A DNA stretch of 64,000 nt, from the NCBI GenBank assembly GCA_963836235.1, contig CAWIIP010000004.1, forward strand, positions 640,001-704,000. The letters are read 5' to 3'. Below the pieces are notes generated by a model. That model was not told the DNA's origin. It saw nothing but the letters and a program-made list of their open reading frames with translations, and did not search any database. Both the position numbers and the translations under genes were made by a program. The DNA is from an uncultured Pseudomonadota bacterium. Its GTDB lineage: Bacteria > Oederibacteriota > Muellerivitia > Muellerivitales > Muellerivitaceae. Shown here piece by piece: positions 10,267 through 20,542 of this stretch. Within the stretch, counting starts at the first letter, position 1. Each line of letters begins with the position of its first letter.

Positions 10267-11273
10267 CTTCAATTGAATCTCGAAAAGCAAAAAAACTTCT
10301 GAAGATTGAAAAAACTCCATTTTTTTCCGTAATCCTTCCTCTGGGGAGGCGAAAAGCTTTTGTGCAAAAATCCTTGGACTCAATACTGGCCCAAGATTTT
10401 GAAGATTTTGAGGTCTCTTCCGTCAGCGATAATTCCCACCTGCATGGACTCCGCCAAACTCGCTTCATGAGAGATAAACGCGTTCACCTTGTTCAGGCCA
10501 AAGAAACCGGTCTTTCGGCTGCCCGAAATATGGGTGTGAAGGCGTCAAGGGGCCGTTACGTCGTTTTTCTGGACCTCGGAGACACGTGGGAGCCCAAATA
10601 TCTTTCAACTTTAAAAAAATTAATCGAAGATTTTCCAGGCGCCGGCCTTTATGGAACCAATTATTGGATTGAAGATGGAAAAGAAAAAAGAGAAAACCCT
10701 CTCCGAATGCCTTCGGGATGGCGGGGACGCCGGAAGGATTTTTACAGCTTGATGTATTATGGGCATCCGCCTTTTTGTGTCAGTTCTGTGGCTCTACCAG
10801 CGGATTTGGCCCGGCAGAATCCTTTTCCCGAGGGCATCCTTGCGGGGGAGGATCTCCTTGTCTGGTTCAAAATTTCCTTGAAACACGAGATGGTTTATTT
10901 CAAAAAACCACTTTCAACCTATGGTAAGTCAGCGGATATAAACCATCAGGGAGTTTATTTCGGACCGCTAAAACACATGGATTGGTTGGCTTTGGGCAGG
11001 CGGTTGAAACGGGAAGGACTACTTTCGAAGGAGGCGGAAAAATTCACACTCTGGGTCACCTTGATTCAAGTAAGGAAAATGATCGCCAATGGAAGGGGAG
11101 AACAGGCCTTGGAGATTTGGGCTCGTTGCCCTAAAACCCCCTTTTTGCCCTATCAGGCCTATTTATGGTGTCTCGTTTTTCTTTCTCCGAAGATTTGGAA
11201 ATTGTTTCAACCAGGTGTTAAAATCGCGCGCTGGATATTGACCGGGAGATTTTATTCTCGGCGGATCCATTAA
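10263..11273 (+). CDS. Glycosyltransferase family 2 paralog with degenerate nucleotide-sugar motifs
   Basis: ATGA overlap with the previous gene; shares DFPGAGxYGTNYWI, GEDLLVWFKISL and TLIQVRKMIANG, but has SVSDNS and FLDLGD. Confidence 0.8.
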   Translation: MTSIESRKAKKLLKIEKTPFFSVILPLGRRKAFVQKSLDSILAQDFEDFEVSSVSDNSHLHGLRQTRFMRDKRVHLVQAKETGLSAARNMGVKASRGRYVVFLDLGDTWEPKYLSTLKKLIEDFPGAGLYGTNYWIEDGKEKRENPLRMPSGWRGRRKDFYSLMYYGHPPFCVSSVALPADLARQNPFPEGILAGEDLLVWFKISLKHEMVYFKKPLSTYGKSADINHQGVYFGPLKHMDWLALGRRLKREGLLSKEAEKFTLWVTLIQVRKMIANGRGEQALEIWARCPKTPFLPYQAYLWCLVFLSPKIWKLFQPGVKIARWILTGRFYSRRIH

Positions 11274-11293
11274 ACCCCTTTCAGGAAAAACCC

Positions 11294-12571
11294 ATGTCCT
11301 TGCGACGAATCGGATCAATCCTCATCGTTCTGATAGGTTTTAATGTGTTTCTGGACACTTTTTTTTCTTTTGAGAGAGGAAACTTTACCATACGTCTTGT
11401 TCCCTATGCTTTTAAGAGCCTACAGTTGTTTCTCATGCTGGTTATTATATTTTATTTCCTGAGCCAGAGGATCATCCCGATAAAAATCCCGCCTGTTTTT
11501 TGGCTTTTTTTCTTTTTTGTCGGCGACATGGTGGCTTCAGTTTTTTACGCCCAGGACCAGGTCAATCCTACGGATCTTGCCCGGATGATTTTTTGGGTTC
11601 TGGCCGCTTTCGCGATTTGTCTTTTGCGGCAGGCCGATTGCTTGGAGGAAAAAGTTATGTTTGGGATGGTGGTCTTCAACTTGGGCTGGGTTTGTTTCAG
11701 GATTTTGGCCTTTAAAGTCCTCAATATTTGGATCGGAGCGCAGGTCAGTTACGATGAAACCGTTGGATTTGACAATGATGGGGTGGTCAATAACTTGGGC
11801 TATAGTCTTGTTTGGCTGGTTCCTCTGTTCTTGCTTTTTAAGTCGAAAATTCGTTTTCCCCTGCTATTCATCGTCCTTTTTTCCATGGTCGCCTCTTTCA
11901 AGCGCGGGGCTCTGTTGGGATTAATTCTGGGTTCCGTGGTTTATTATTTCCTCGACAGGAGGGTACGAGGCCGCCAAAACAGAAGCTTGGTAAAAGACAT
12001 GGCCATGGTTCTGGCTGTTCTTGCCCTGGCGGGGGTCGGCTTCCTTCTTTTCAAGGACCACATTCTCGCCCGGATGGAGGATATTAGCGGGGATAAATCC
12101 TTTGGCTCTGGCCGGGAGATCTTCTATCAAATTGTCCTCAACCATTGGGAGAGATTTGTCGGAATGAAAAAAGTAATCGGGGCCGGCTTTTTCCAAGTCA
12201 TGCCCATGTTGGGGCTTTATTACGAAAACGCCATTCCAGCGCATAGCGATTGGCTTGAAACACTTTACGATCAAGGATTTATTGGAGTGGCCATGCTGGC
12301 CGCCATTCACAGCGCCATAGTTATCCGGATTCTGGAAACAATAAAAAAAGGACGTGAGTGGGGTCCTCACCTTGCTTATTCCTACGTCATTTTTTTTCTT
12401 TCGAGCGTCTATTCGATAACGCTTTATTCCTTTGACACAACTTGGTTCGGAGTTTCCTTGGGCTACTACCTGGGAACGGATATCTTATTTAAAAGAAGGG
12501 CTGGGGAGGAACCTGTTCCAGCAAAGGCGGCGGAAAAGCCGGGTTTTTCAGCGGCGGTGGCATACCATTGA
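11294..12571 (+). CDS. O-antigen ligase / Wzy polymerase family membrane protein
   Basis: About 11 TM segments; SFKRGALLG, GSGREIFY and PAHSDWLETLYDQGFIG (Wzy_C-like). Confidence 0.75.
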   Translation: MSLRRIGSILIVLIGFNVFLDTFFSFERGNFTIRLVPYAFKSLQLFLMLVIIFYFLSQRIIPIKIPPVFWLFFFFVGDMVASVFYAQDQVNPTDLARMIFWVLAAFAICLLRQADCLEEKVMFGMVVFNLGWVCFRILAFKVLNIWIGAQVSYDETVGFDNDGVVNNLGYSLVWLVPLFLLFKSKIRFPLLFIVLFSMVASFKRGALLGLILGSVVYYFLDRRVRGRQNRSLVKDMAMVLAVLALAGVGFLLFKDHILARMEDISGDKSFGSGREIFYQIVLNHWERFVGMKKVIGAGFFQVMPMLGLYYENAIPAHSDWLETLYDQGFIGVAMLAAIHSAIVIRILETIKKGREWGPHLAYSYVIFFLSSVYSITLYSFDTTWFGVSLGYYLGTDILFKRRAGEEPVPAKAAEKPGFSAAVAYH

Positions 12572-13869
12572 CAAGCCTCCCGATCCGGCAGACGATTCCC
12601 CGGCATATTCTTGTTTTCGAGGCTTACACCGACGCCAATATCGGCTCCGGGGCCTTAGTGGAGAATACGGTCAACATCTTAAAAGGGAAGTACCCGAATT
12701 CCGAAATCAAAATCATGGCCCATTATCCGGCGGCGTTTAATTATGAAAACATTGAATCCATTCCGGATGTATTTGAATACCCCTTCTTAAAACCCCGTTG
12801 GATACAGGTCATTTGGCTTTTTAAAACCATGCTTTGGTTGCTTCTGGCTTATCTTCAAGCCTTGATTTTTAAATCTAAATCCTTTCTCTTGTTCAGAGAA
12901 AAGGCCCGGCCATTCCAATGGGCGGATCTGGCGGTGAGCGTTGGGGCGGAGAGACTTAACGACAAATTCGTCAAAGGACTTTTTTTTTCCGCCTTAAGCC
13001 TCGGGCTCCTGAAAGTCTTGGGAAAGAAGGTCGTTTTTTTTCCGTCCACTATCGGCCCATTCCTCTACAAGCCGACGCGCTGGCTTTCCGGGGCCGTGCT
13101 GAAACGGTTGGACCTGGTCTATACTCGGGACCGTCAGTCCACCCAAACCTGCCTGGACAAGCTTAAACTGGACCCTTCCCGGGTCGTAGAAACGGCTGAC
13201 GTGGCCGTTCTTCAATCGCAGGTTGACGCGGATATATCATGGGAACTTTTGCAGTCTTTTCAGGAAAAACAATTGTCGTCAGGAACCCCGTTGGTTGGAA
13301 TCAGCGCCATGGAATGGACTTACCGTTCCAACAAAGTGGAAACTCAATACAGTAATTATGAATCCTATATTCGGGAAATGGCACAATTGGCCGACACCCT
13401 GGTGGAGAAATACGGCGTCAAAATTGTATTGTTTTCCACTAATTACCCCATCCATGGCTGTCGGGAGGATGATGTCGCCGTCTCCCGCAAGATCCGTGAC
13501 AAAATGGCCCGCCCGGATTCGGCCATCGTGATCGACCGTTTGACCACCCCGTCCCAATTCAAAGGCATGTTGGCCTGCTCCCAGGTGAATATTGTCACTC
13601 GGATGCACGCTTGTATTCTTTCCACTGGGGCTGGAATTCCGACTCTTTCCGTCAACTATCTTTTCAAGTTGAAAGAATATATGGAGTCCCTTGGTCTTGG
13701 TGAATTTTCCATCGACATCGAAGAATTTAATGCAGAGGATATGTTGGTGGCTTTCGACAAGATGTGGAAATCCAGAGAGGATTGGAGCCGGAAAATCCGT
13801 GCTGTCATTGAAAATAAAAAAAAATCCCTGACAAAAGACATGGAACGGATGGACGATTTCATCCGATAA
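12568..13869 (+). CDS. Polysaccharide pyruvyl transferase family (WcaK-like)
   Basis: NIGSGAL, STIGPF, YTRD, ADVA and TRMHACILS motifs; TTG start overlaps the previous stop. Confidence 0.8.
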   Translation: MTSLPIRQTIPRHILVFEAYTDANIGSGALVENTVNILKGKYPNSEIKIMAHYPAAFNYENIESIPDVFEYPFLKPRWIQVIWLFKTMLWLLLAYLQALIFKSKSFLLFREKARPFQWADLAVSVGAERLNDKFVKGLFFSALSLGLLKVLGKKVVFFPSTIGPFLYKPTRWLSGAVLKRLDLVYTRDRQSTQTCLDKLKLDPSRVVETADVAVLQSQVDADISWELLQSFQEKQLSSGTPLVGISAMEWTYRSNKVETQYSNYESYIREMAQLADTLVEKYGVKIVLFSTNYPIHGCREDDVAVSRKIRDKMARPDSAIVIDRLTTPSQFKGMLACSQVNIVTRMHACILSTGAGIPTLSVNYLFKLKEYMESLGLGEFSIDIEEFNAEDMLVAFDKMWKSREDWSRKIRAVIENKKKSLTKDMERMDDFIR

Positions 13870-14021
13870 AGGCTTAGAACTCATTTCTGGTGTTGCTGAT
13901 CTGTAACTTTTGATAATTAAAATTTCTCTTGAATCAATTTGATTACCCCTTTCTTTCCGGTTAAAACATAACGGATTTGCTTTAACACTGAAAAACGACG
14001 AATCTTTGAAAAGACGGAAAA

Positions 14022-15131
14022 ATGAAAATCGCGCATATTGTTTTAAAAACCATTCCGTTTGGCGGGGGTATCGAAAAATATATTGATGAAATAGGGCCTC
14101 GCCTGGTGGCGAAGGGCCACGAGATAGTTGTTTACACGATGCGACATTATGGGAATCCTCCCGTTTCTTATAAAGGGATGAAAATAAAAACCGTTCGTGC
14201 TTTGGCTTCTAAAACAGCCGAGAAAGTGACTTCTTCTTTTTTGGCCACACTTGATGTCTGCCTCAATGAAAAGCCCGATTTGGTTCATTTTCATTCCTTC
14301 ACCCAGCAAACGACATTCCTGCCAAGGTGGGTTGGTATTCCGGTATTGGTTCAGGGGCATGGGTTGGAATGGAAAAGGTCACGTTGGAACTTGGCAGGAA
14401 AATGGTTTTTAAAATTTAGTGAATGGAGCATGGTCCATTCGGCGGACCGCTTGACCGTTGTTTCGAAGGTGCAACAAAAATACCTAAAGGAAAGATACGG
14501 GCGTGAGAGCGTGTATATCCCCACGGGGATTAATCCACCAAATCGTTTGGAACCCAAAGAAATAACCTCTCTGTGGGGGCTTAAAGGCAGGGATTATTTC
14601 CTAACGGCGGCAAGACTGGTGCCGGAGAAGGGCATTCATACCTTGATAGAAGCCTTTAATGGACTCGAAACAAGTTTTAAGTTAGTCATCGCGGGAGACG
14701 CCGGTCATGAAAAGGAATATCTCGAAAAGCTGAAGACCTTGGCCCACTGTAACCCCAGTATTATTTTTACCGGATACGTAACCGGCAAACCTTACGTCGA
14801 ATTGATGTCCAACGCCTACGCCTTTGTCCTGGCTTCCGACCTAGAGGGACTTCCTACCGTCCTGTTGGAGGCCCTGAGTTACGGGAATTGTTGCCTGGCC
14901 AGTGATATTCCGGAAAATCGGGAAGCACTAGGAGCAAAGGGAATAACTTTCCAAAGTGGTTCAGTTGAGGATTTGCGTAATACCTTGAATGATTTGGCTA
15001 AGGATACGCAAAAAGCTCAGAGCTTGCGTTCAACCGCTGCCGATGGATTGTTAGAAGGGTTTCATTGGGACAAAATCGCAGATCAATTCAACGATCTTTA
15101 CGCCCAAATGGCCAAAGATTCAGGACGTTAG
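14022..15131 (+). CDS. Glycosyltransferase family 4
   Basis: GGGIEKY, HGLEWKRSRW, RLVPEKG, EGLPTVLLEALSYG. Confidence 0.9.
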   Translation: MKIAHIVLKTIPFGGGIEKYIDEIGPRLVAKGHEIVVYTMRHYGNPPVSYKGMKIKTVRALASKTAEKVTSSFLATLDVCLNEKPDLVHFHSFTQQTTFLPRWVGIPVLVQGHGLEWKRSRWNLAGKWFLKFSEWSMVHSADRLTVVSKVQQKYLKERYGRESVYIPTGINPPNRLEPKEITSLWGLKGRDYFLTAARLVPEKGIHTLIEAFNGLETSFKLVIAGDAGHEKEYLEKLKTLAHCNPSIIFTGYVTGKPYVELMSNAYAFVLASDLEGLPTVLLEALSYGNCCLASDIPENREALGAKGITFQSGSVEDLRNTLNDLAKDTQKAQSLRSTAADGLLEGFHWDKIADQFNDLYAQMAKDSGR

Positions 15132-15134
15132 GCT

Positions 15135-16346
15135 ATGCGAATCCTCTATGTGAATAAATACAATTACTTGAAGGGAGGGGCCGAGCGCGTTCTTATTACC
15201 GAAATGGATATGATGAAATCCCACGGTCATGATATTGCGGTTTTCGCTTCCCGTCATCCAAACAACATGCCGAGTGAATTCTCCGGTGAGTTCGTGGAAG
15301 AGGAAAATTACTTCAACGCGGGCCTTGTCCATAAGATCAAGGCTGCTTTTAAAATTGTTTATTCTTTCGAAGCACTTGAGAAATTTGGGCGTGTAATCGA
15401 CGTATTTAAGCCCGACATCATTCACGCCCACAACATCTACGCGCAGTTAAGCACGGGGATTTTAGACGCGGCTAAAAAGAGGGATGTGCCGACGGTACTA
15501 ACCGCTCATGATTATAAGCTGGTTTGTCCCTCCTATATGATGCTGGACCATGGAAAGATATGCGAGAAATGCATGGGTGGCAATTACTATCACTGCTTTA
15601 CCACTGGATGCCACAAGGAAGACCGCGCGGCTTCTGCGGTTTATATGGCGGAAACTTATTTTAACGCCTGGTTCAAGAAATATGACTCGGTGAGGAAATT
15701 TATCTGTCCTAGCCACTTCATGATGTCCAAGATTGCCAATCGGTTCCCTGAAAAACGAATAGTTGTACTTAACAATCCGGTCGATGTTTCCGCCTACATC
15801 CCTTCTTCTAGTGATGAAGGCTACTATCTTTATACCGGGCGTCTGTCGAAGGAAAAAGGAGTCTTTACACTAATTAGGGCTTTTAAGGAAATGGGCCTGC
15901 CTTTGAAAATAGCCGGGACTGGCCCATTGGAAGGGGAATGCCATAAGCTGTCGGAGGGCGTCTCCGGTATCCAAATGATGGGCTATAAGACTGGAAAGGA
16001 ATTGGAAGAACTCTATCGAAGTGCTCATGCCTGTGTGGTGCCCTCCGAATGGTATGAAAACGCCCCAATGTCGGTTATCGAGCCTTTGGCTTATGGAAAA
16101 CCGGTGATCGGCGCACGCATTGGAGGAATTCCTGAACTGATCCAGGAAGAGAAAAGCGGCCTGCTTTTTAAGCCTTTTGAGCCGGAGGATTTGAAAGAAA
16201 AAGTTTTGAAATTGGAACGGTTATCTCGTGAAGACTATGGTGATATGTGCGGGCAGGCGCGAGAATCGGCCAAAACTCAGTTTTCTTTAGAACGACACTA
16301 CGATGATTTGTTAAAGATTTACAGGCAAGTTCTCCAAACTGATTAA
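15135..16346 (+). CDS. Glycosyltransferase family 4
   Basis: GGAERV, TAHDYKLVCP, GRLSKEKG, ENAPMSVIE, IGGIPELI. Confidence 0.9.
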   Translation: MRILYVNKYNYLKGGAERVLITEMDMMKSHGHDIAVFASRHPNNMPSEFSGEFVEEENYFNAGLVHKIKAAFKIVYSFEALEKFGRVIDVFKPDIIHAHNIYAQLSTGILDAAKKRDVPTVLTAHDYKLVCPSYMMLDHGKICEKCMGGNYYHCFTTGCHKEDRAASAVYMAETYFNAWFKKYDSVRKFICPSHFMMSKIANRFPEKRIVVLNNPVDVSAYIPSSSDEGYYLYTGRLSKEKGVFTLIRAFKEMGLPLKIAGTGPLEGECHKLSEGVSGIQMMGYKTGKELEELYRSAHACVVPSEWYENAPMSVIEPLAYGKPVIGARIGGIPELIQEEKSGLLFKPFEPEDLKEKVLKLERLSREDYGDMCGQARESAKTQFSLERHYDDLLKIYRQVLQTD

Positions 16347-16455
16347 AAGTACAAAACTCTATTTCAACGTCAAAATTTCTTCTGGCAAACTTGAGTAAGT
16401 GATTCACTCGTTTTTGGAGATGATTTTTTCAGAGAAGTCTAGATAGAAGAAGTGG

Positions 16456-17202
16456 CTAACTTCGTTGTTTTAATTCCAATTCTTCATGATCATCGCTTGC
16501 TGGTTTCTTTATTGAAAAAAGAAACCAGCAAGCGATGATCATGACAAAGAAAATGATATCCGATTGTTTAAGCTGCATGTAAGACTGTCGCAAGATTGAT
16601 GATTGATCCCAATTGACCAGCCTGAATTTTAAGGTAACGGCGACAAACGTCCAGCCAAAGGAGGATGGCACTACTGGCAGGTGTATCTTGGTGAAGAATC
16701 GCGAAAAGATTTTGCTGAACCGGTTGAGGAGGGGTATGATCAAAAAGTAAACCAGAAGGACCTTCGGGAACAAAAATTCCGTGTTTAAAAAATGATGTTT
16801 CTTGAATATTCCCAGATTGTGGATATTAGTCTCGGCTTGTAGATTAACATTGACCATTTTGGCCGAAGATGAAAAGTAAAAAAGCCTCTGTCCCCAGCTG
16901 ATTGTTTCTCCGCAAACAAAGAAAGTGCCCATTGCCATGAGGAGGAAAAAAATATTCCTTTTCATCCCTAATAAACTGGGGCCATTTTCGCTTTTTTCCT
17001 GGACATATTTGGCGAAAAATAAAATCGAGGCTACAAAACTGCAGAGAGTTTGCTGGGACTCGAACAAATTACCTCTGCCGGCATAATAAACAATCACGTG
17101 ATAGGGTAAAAATAAAACAATAGATGTAACACCACAAAAGACAACAATGATCAATAAAAACAGCAGCGAATTAGATGTTTTCTGCTTGTTCATTTCAACC
17201 AT
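16456..17202 (-). CDS. Conserved hypothetical membrane protein
   Basis: About 6 TM segments; ExISWGQR...NLQAETNIHN motif, which I recall from uncharacterised membrane proteins. Confidence 0.6.
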   Translation of the reverse strand: MVEMNKQKTSNSLLFLLIIVVFCGVTSIVLFLPYHVIVYYAGRGNLFESQQTLCSFVASILFFAKYVQEKSENGPSLLGMKRNIFFLLMAMGTFFVCGETISWGQRLFYFSSSAKMVNVNLQAETNIHNLGIFKKHHFLNTEFLFPKVLLVYFLIIPLLNRFSKIFSRFFTKIHLPVVPSSFGWTFVAVTLKFRLVNWDQSSILRQSYMQLKQSDIIFFVMIIACWFLFSIKKPASDDHEELELKQRS

Positions 17203-17261
17203 TTATCCAGGCCTTAAATTTTTTATTTTAAAAAACGGCAAAATAAGCATGAGCGAAAGAA

Positions 17262-17717
17262 TTATTGTGCGCCCGCAGTTTGAAGCAATTTGACGATTTC
17301 ACTCCTTTGGCCTGATATGGCATAGGATAATGCCGAGTTTCCTGCTTTTTGCCGGGCGTTGACGTTCACACCCTTTTTGATCAAATAGTTTATAAAATTA
17401 ATATCTCCGGAATCCACGGCGCGCATCAGGACTGAAATACCCGCGTGGTAATCTTGAGCATTTACATCCGCACCTTTTTCAATCAAGAGCTTTGCTAGTT
17501 CAAAATTTTTGTTGAATACCGCGAATAGAAGGGGTGTCCATCCATCTGGTTGCCTTGTATTGATGTTCGCTCCTTTAAGGATAAGATCGCTGACCTTGCC
17601 GTTGTCGTTGCCAATAACTGCGTCAAGAAGGTCTTCGTTGTAATTGGCAAAACAAATAGACGAACTTGAAATTAGGCATAAAATTATGGGAATACTTATC
17701 CATGTGATTTTTTTCAT
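17262..17717 (-). CDS. Secreted ankyrin-repeat protein
   Basis: Signal peptide; repeats GWTPLLFAV...GADVNA, GISVLMRAV...GVNVNA and GNSALSYA; GAGG RBS. Confidence 0.9.
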   Translation of the reverse strand: MKKITWISIPIILCLISSSSICFANYNEDLLDAVIGNDNGKVSDLILKGANINTRQPDGWTPLLFAVFNKNFELAKLLIEKGADVNAQDYHAGISVLMRAVDSGDINFINYLIKKGVNVNARQKAGNSALSYAISGQRSEIVKLLQTAGAQ

Positions 17718-18114
17718 TGCTGCCTCTTGGTTAGTTTTTCTTAACTGTTTTGTAATATTAATGTAATTTGAAATTTACAATAAAATCGGTTAGGAAGTCC
17801 AATTAAAATAAGCTTATTTTGATGATTCGAGGAGGTCCAACTGCAGGACAGCCAAGTTGTCCTAATCTTTCGAACTTAGCCTCTTCTATGTTATAGATAC
17901 TCAAATATTAGGCCTTGTCGATTTTTGCTTACCAATCCGGGGTTTTTCCTTTTTCGTTTGATTCTTGTGTATCCGTTTTTGATTAATGGATAAGCACTTC
18001 AATAAATTATGATTTTGGCAATAAAATTTATAATTAAGACATTCTGGTCTCTGGAATTTAGAAATAAAACTTCGAAATTAAAAAATCATTCATATTATAT
18101 TAGGGAAACAAACC

Positions 18115-20214
18115 ATGACTTTTCGTGACTACCAAAAACCATTGTTGTTTAAAAAAACTCTATCTAGTTTCCTTGTTTTTGCCTTGGCTTTCCTCGTTCC
18201 TTTTCAAGCGCTGCGGGCTGGAACTTCCTTTTGGCAAGCCCTTCCCCTCGTCACTGAATCGAGCCTAAAGGCTGGAAACGGTGGTGGGGAAGGCTGCCAG
18301 GTAATTCAGAATTTCGCCATTGACGCTACCGGGGACTTTCTCATGATGGCCACGAACGTAGGGGGGCTTTATCGCAGTTTGGATGGTGGGGCTCGTTGGG
18401 AGCCCGCAAACGTCGGTTATGGTCCCCGGGGTGCCGCGGCATTGGCAATCGATCCAAACAATTCGCGGCGAGTGATTGCGGTTGGAGGAAATTCGGGTCG
18501 GTCTTCTGTTAATGGGCTCTGGCTTTCGACCAATCAGTCTTCCTCCTGGCACCCAGTCCTGCGGCAAAACACCAGAGCGGTTGAAACCTACCATGATTCG
18601 GTGGCCTTCGACGCCTCCAGTAAAAAAGGATCAGGAAAGGCCGCCTTTAGCACCCGGGCCTATTGGGTTGCCTATTCGGACGCCGGAGGTGGATTGTGGA
18701 AATCCATCGATGGCGGCAACAACTGGTTCGAGATCCAGGATTCCTTTGCGGATGGCATTGTCAAGGTCAACCCGGTGAGCGGCACGGTTTACTTTGCCGG
18801 CGCCAAGGGGTTCTACCGCAGCACCACGGGGGGGACCCGCTTCACCCAAATCGTCGAGGGGCCGGTTTCGGGTCTTGATGTGATCGCCACCCGGCCGAAC
18901 AACGTCTATATCCTGAAAAATGACGGGGTATATGTCTCTTCCGATTCCGGAAAAACATTTGTTCCCGTGGGAAGCGAAGGCTTGCCCACCACCGACTCGC
19001 CCGGCTTGAAGAACCTGAAGGTGAGCTCGGTGGATCCAAGCCAGATGCTCCTCAATGATGACCAAGGTTCTTACTACCAACAGGGCCATTTCTATTCAAC
19101 CGACGGGGGAAAAAGCTGGGATTCCTGTAAGCTTGATGCTTCCCTCAGTTTTATTCCCGCCAACGACCGTCCCTGGCTTTTCGTCTGGAGCCCGGTAAAG
19201 GCCAGATGCGCATGGGCCTGCGGAGGAGGGTTCGTCAGCCAAAGTTCGGATGGCGGGAAACATTTTGCCTGGTCCAACAACGGTTTCAACGGATTTACCT
19301 GCGCAGGGCTCTTCAATTTCAACCCACAGCACCCCGATTTACTCCTGGTGACCAGCCAAGACACCAACTCGGCTTTTACGCTGGATATCACCGGAATGCG
19401 GGTCCCTTGGCAATACCTGGAAGTCTCCAGGAAAGGTTGGGGCGGATTCAACTATGGAGGCTATGCCCTGAGCCCGGAGGTGATGTTCGCCGGTAACGCC
19501 GGCGATTGGGGGGGGGCGGCTACTCTCATGGTTTCCACCAATGGCGGCGATCGATGGAAAAGCACGGGGTACATTGGGAACAACACCCAAACGGCTTGTG
19601 GAGATCCTGGGAATTCTACAGTGGCTTTTTGGGACAACTATCGAACGGACGACGGAGGCGACAGTTGGCAGGTCTTGTCTGGTTGTGACGGGATTTTTAC
19701 CTATAACCCCTCCGGCGGCCAGGAGCTTTATGGGGCGAAGGGACAATCGGTGGTGGTCTCTACTGATCACGGAGTTTCCTGGAATTTTTTAATCCAGGTC
19801 CCTGGAGTGGTATTGGATTTGGCTTTCGACGGAAAACGCCGCAGACTCTATATCGCCACGGGGTCGATGTACCGATACGATATTCCAACCCGGGTTCTTA
19901 CCAACATCTCCGGCCATTTAGGACTGGATAACGGTGGAAACCAGAAGGTTGTCTCGGTGGCCGTGGACCCCCAAGTGACCGACGTCGTTTACGCGGCCTG
20001 GCATGGGGATAGTTATATCAGCAACCAAAGCGTGCGCAGGTCCCTCGATGGGGGGAAGACTTGGCGATCCTTGACGCTTCAACCGGGGGATTCGGGGCCG
20101 GATGGGGGACTGGAATCCCAATGCGTAAGGGTCCATCCGGTCACCCGATATCTTTATTCGGCGGGGAGTTGTTTCGGGATATGGAGATATCCGCCGCCGT
20201 TAAGACGTCCGTAA
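18115..20214 (+). CDS. Secreted BNR/Asp-box beta-propeller protein, GH74 (xyloglucanase)-like, copy 1
   Basis: Signal peptide; many SxDGGxxW Asp-boxes; ATNVGGLYRS at the position of the GH74 TDVGG motif. Confidence 0.7.
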   Translation: MTFRDYQKPLLFKKTLSSFLVFALAFLVPFQALRAGTSFWQALPLVTESSLKAGNGGGEGCQVIQNFAIDATGDFLMMATNVGGLYRSLDGGARWEPANVGYGPRGAAALAIDPNNSRRVIAVGGNSGRSSVNGLWLSTNQSSSWHPVLRQNTRAVETYHDSVAFDASSKKGSGKAAFSTRAYWVAYSDAGGGLWKSIDGGNNWFEIQDSFADGIVKVNPVSGTVYFAGAKGFYRSTTGGTRFTQIVEGPVSGLDVIATRPNNVYILKNDGVYVSSDSGKTFVPVGSEGLPTTDSPGLKNLKVSSVDPSQMLLNDDQGSYYQQGHFYSTDGGKSWDSCKLDASLSFIPANDRPWLFVWSPVKARCAWACGGGFVSQSSDGGKHFAWSNNGFNGFTCAGLFNFNPQHPDLLLVTSQDTNSAFTLDITGMRVPWQYLEVSRKGWGGFNYGGYALSPEVMFAGNAGDWGGAATLMVSTNGGDRWKSTGYIGNNTQTACGDPGNSTVAFWDNYRTDDGGDSWQVLSGCDGIFTYNPSGGQELYGAKGQSVVVSTDHGVSWNFLIQVPGVVLDLAFDGKRRRLYIATGSMYRYDIPTRVLTNISGHLGLDNGGNQKVVSVAVDPQVTDVVYAAWHGDSYISNQSVRRSLDGGKTWRSLTLQPGDSGPDGGLESQCVRVHPVTRYLYSAGSCFGIWRYPPPLRRP

Positions 20215-20542
20215 AGGGCCAATGATTTTGAAATGTTCAAAGCAAGTAAACAGTTTCCTAAAGGCAATTCGCCTATTCTTCGAATTAAATAGGAATATTT
20301 TGGAAAGGTTCCGGCTTTTTTCCGGCAGCAATTTTGACGATGCTTTTCTTTTGCCGTTTTTTCGGGTAACTTTATGTCACGTTACTTTCTATTTAAAACT
20401 TATTCATGGCTTAAGTCGGAAATTGGATTGTGACGCTTTCTCCTTCGTGCTTTTCCAGGGGGATTTAACTTTGTTTGCTTCGAAGTCGGGAATGAAATTC
20501 CTTGATAGAGTCCCTTTTAAATAAATTGCCTGAAAGGCATTA

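Noticed and set aside
18015-18032. TTGGCAATAAAATTTAT as a sigma54 promoter for the propeller gene
   Set aside because: It lacks the -12 GC dinucleotide at the required spacing.
20222-20524. 100-aa ORF between the propeller genes (also 35104-35388, 49142-49522, 32828-33025)
   Set aside because: They lie in AT-rich promoter regions, have no motifs, and two of them overlap the sigma54 elements.
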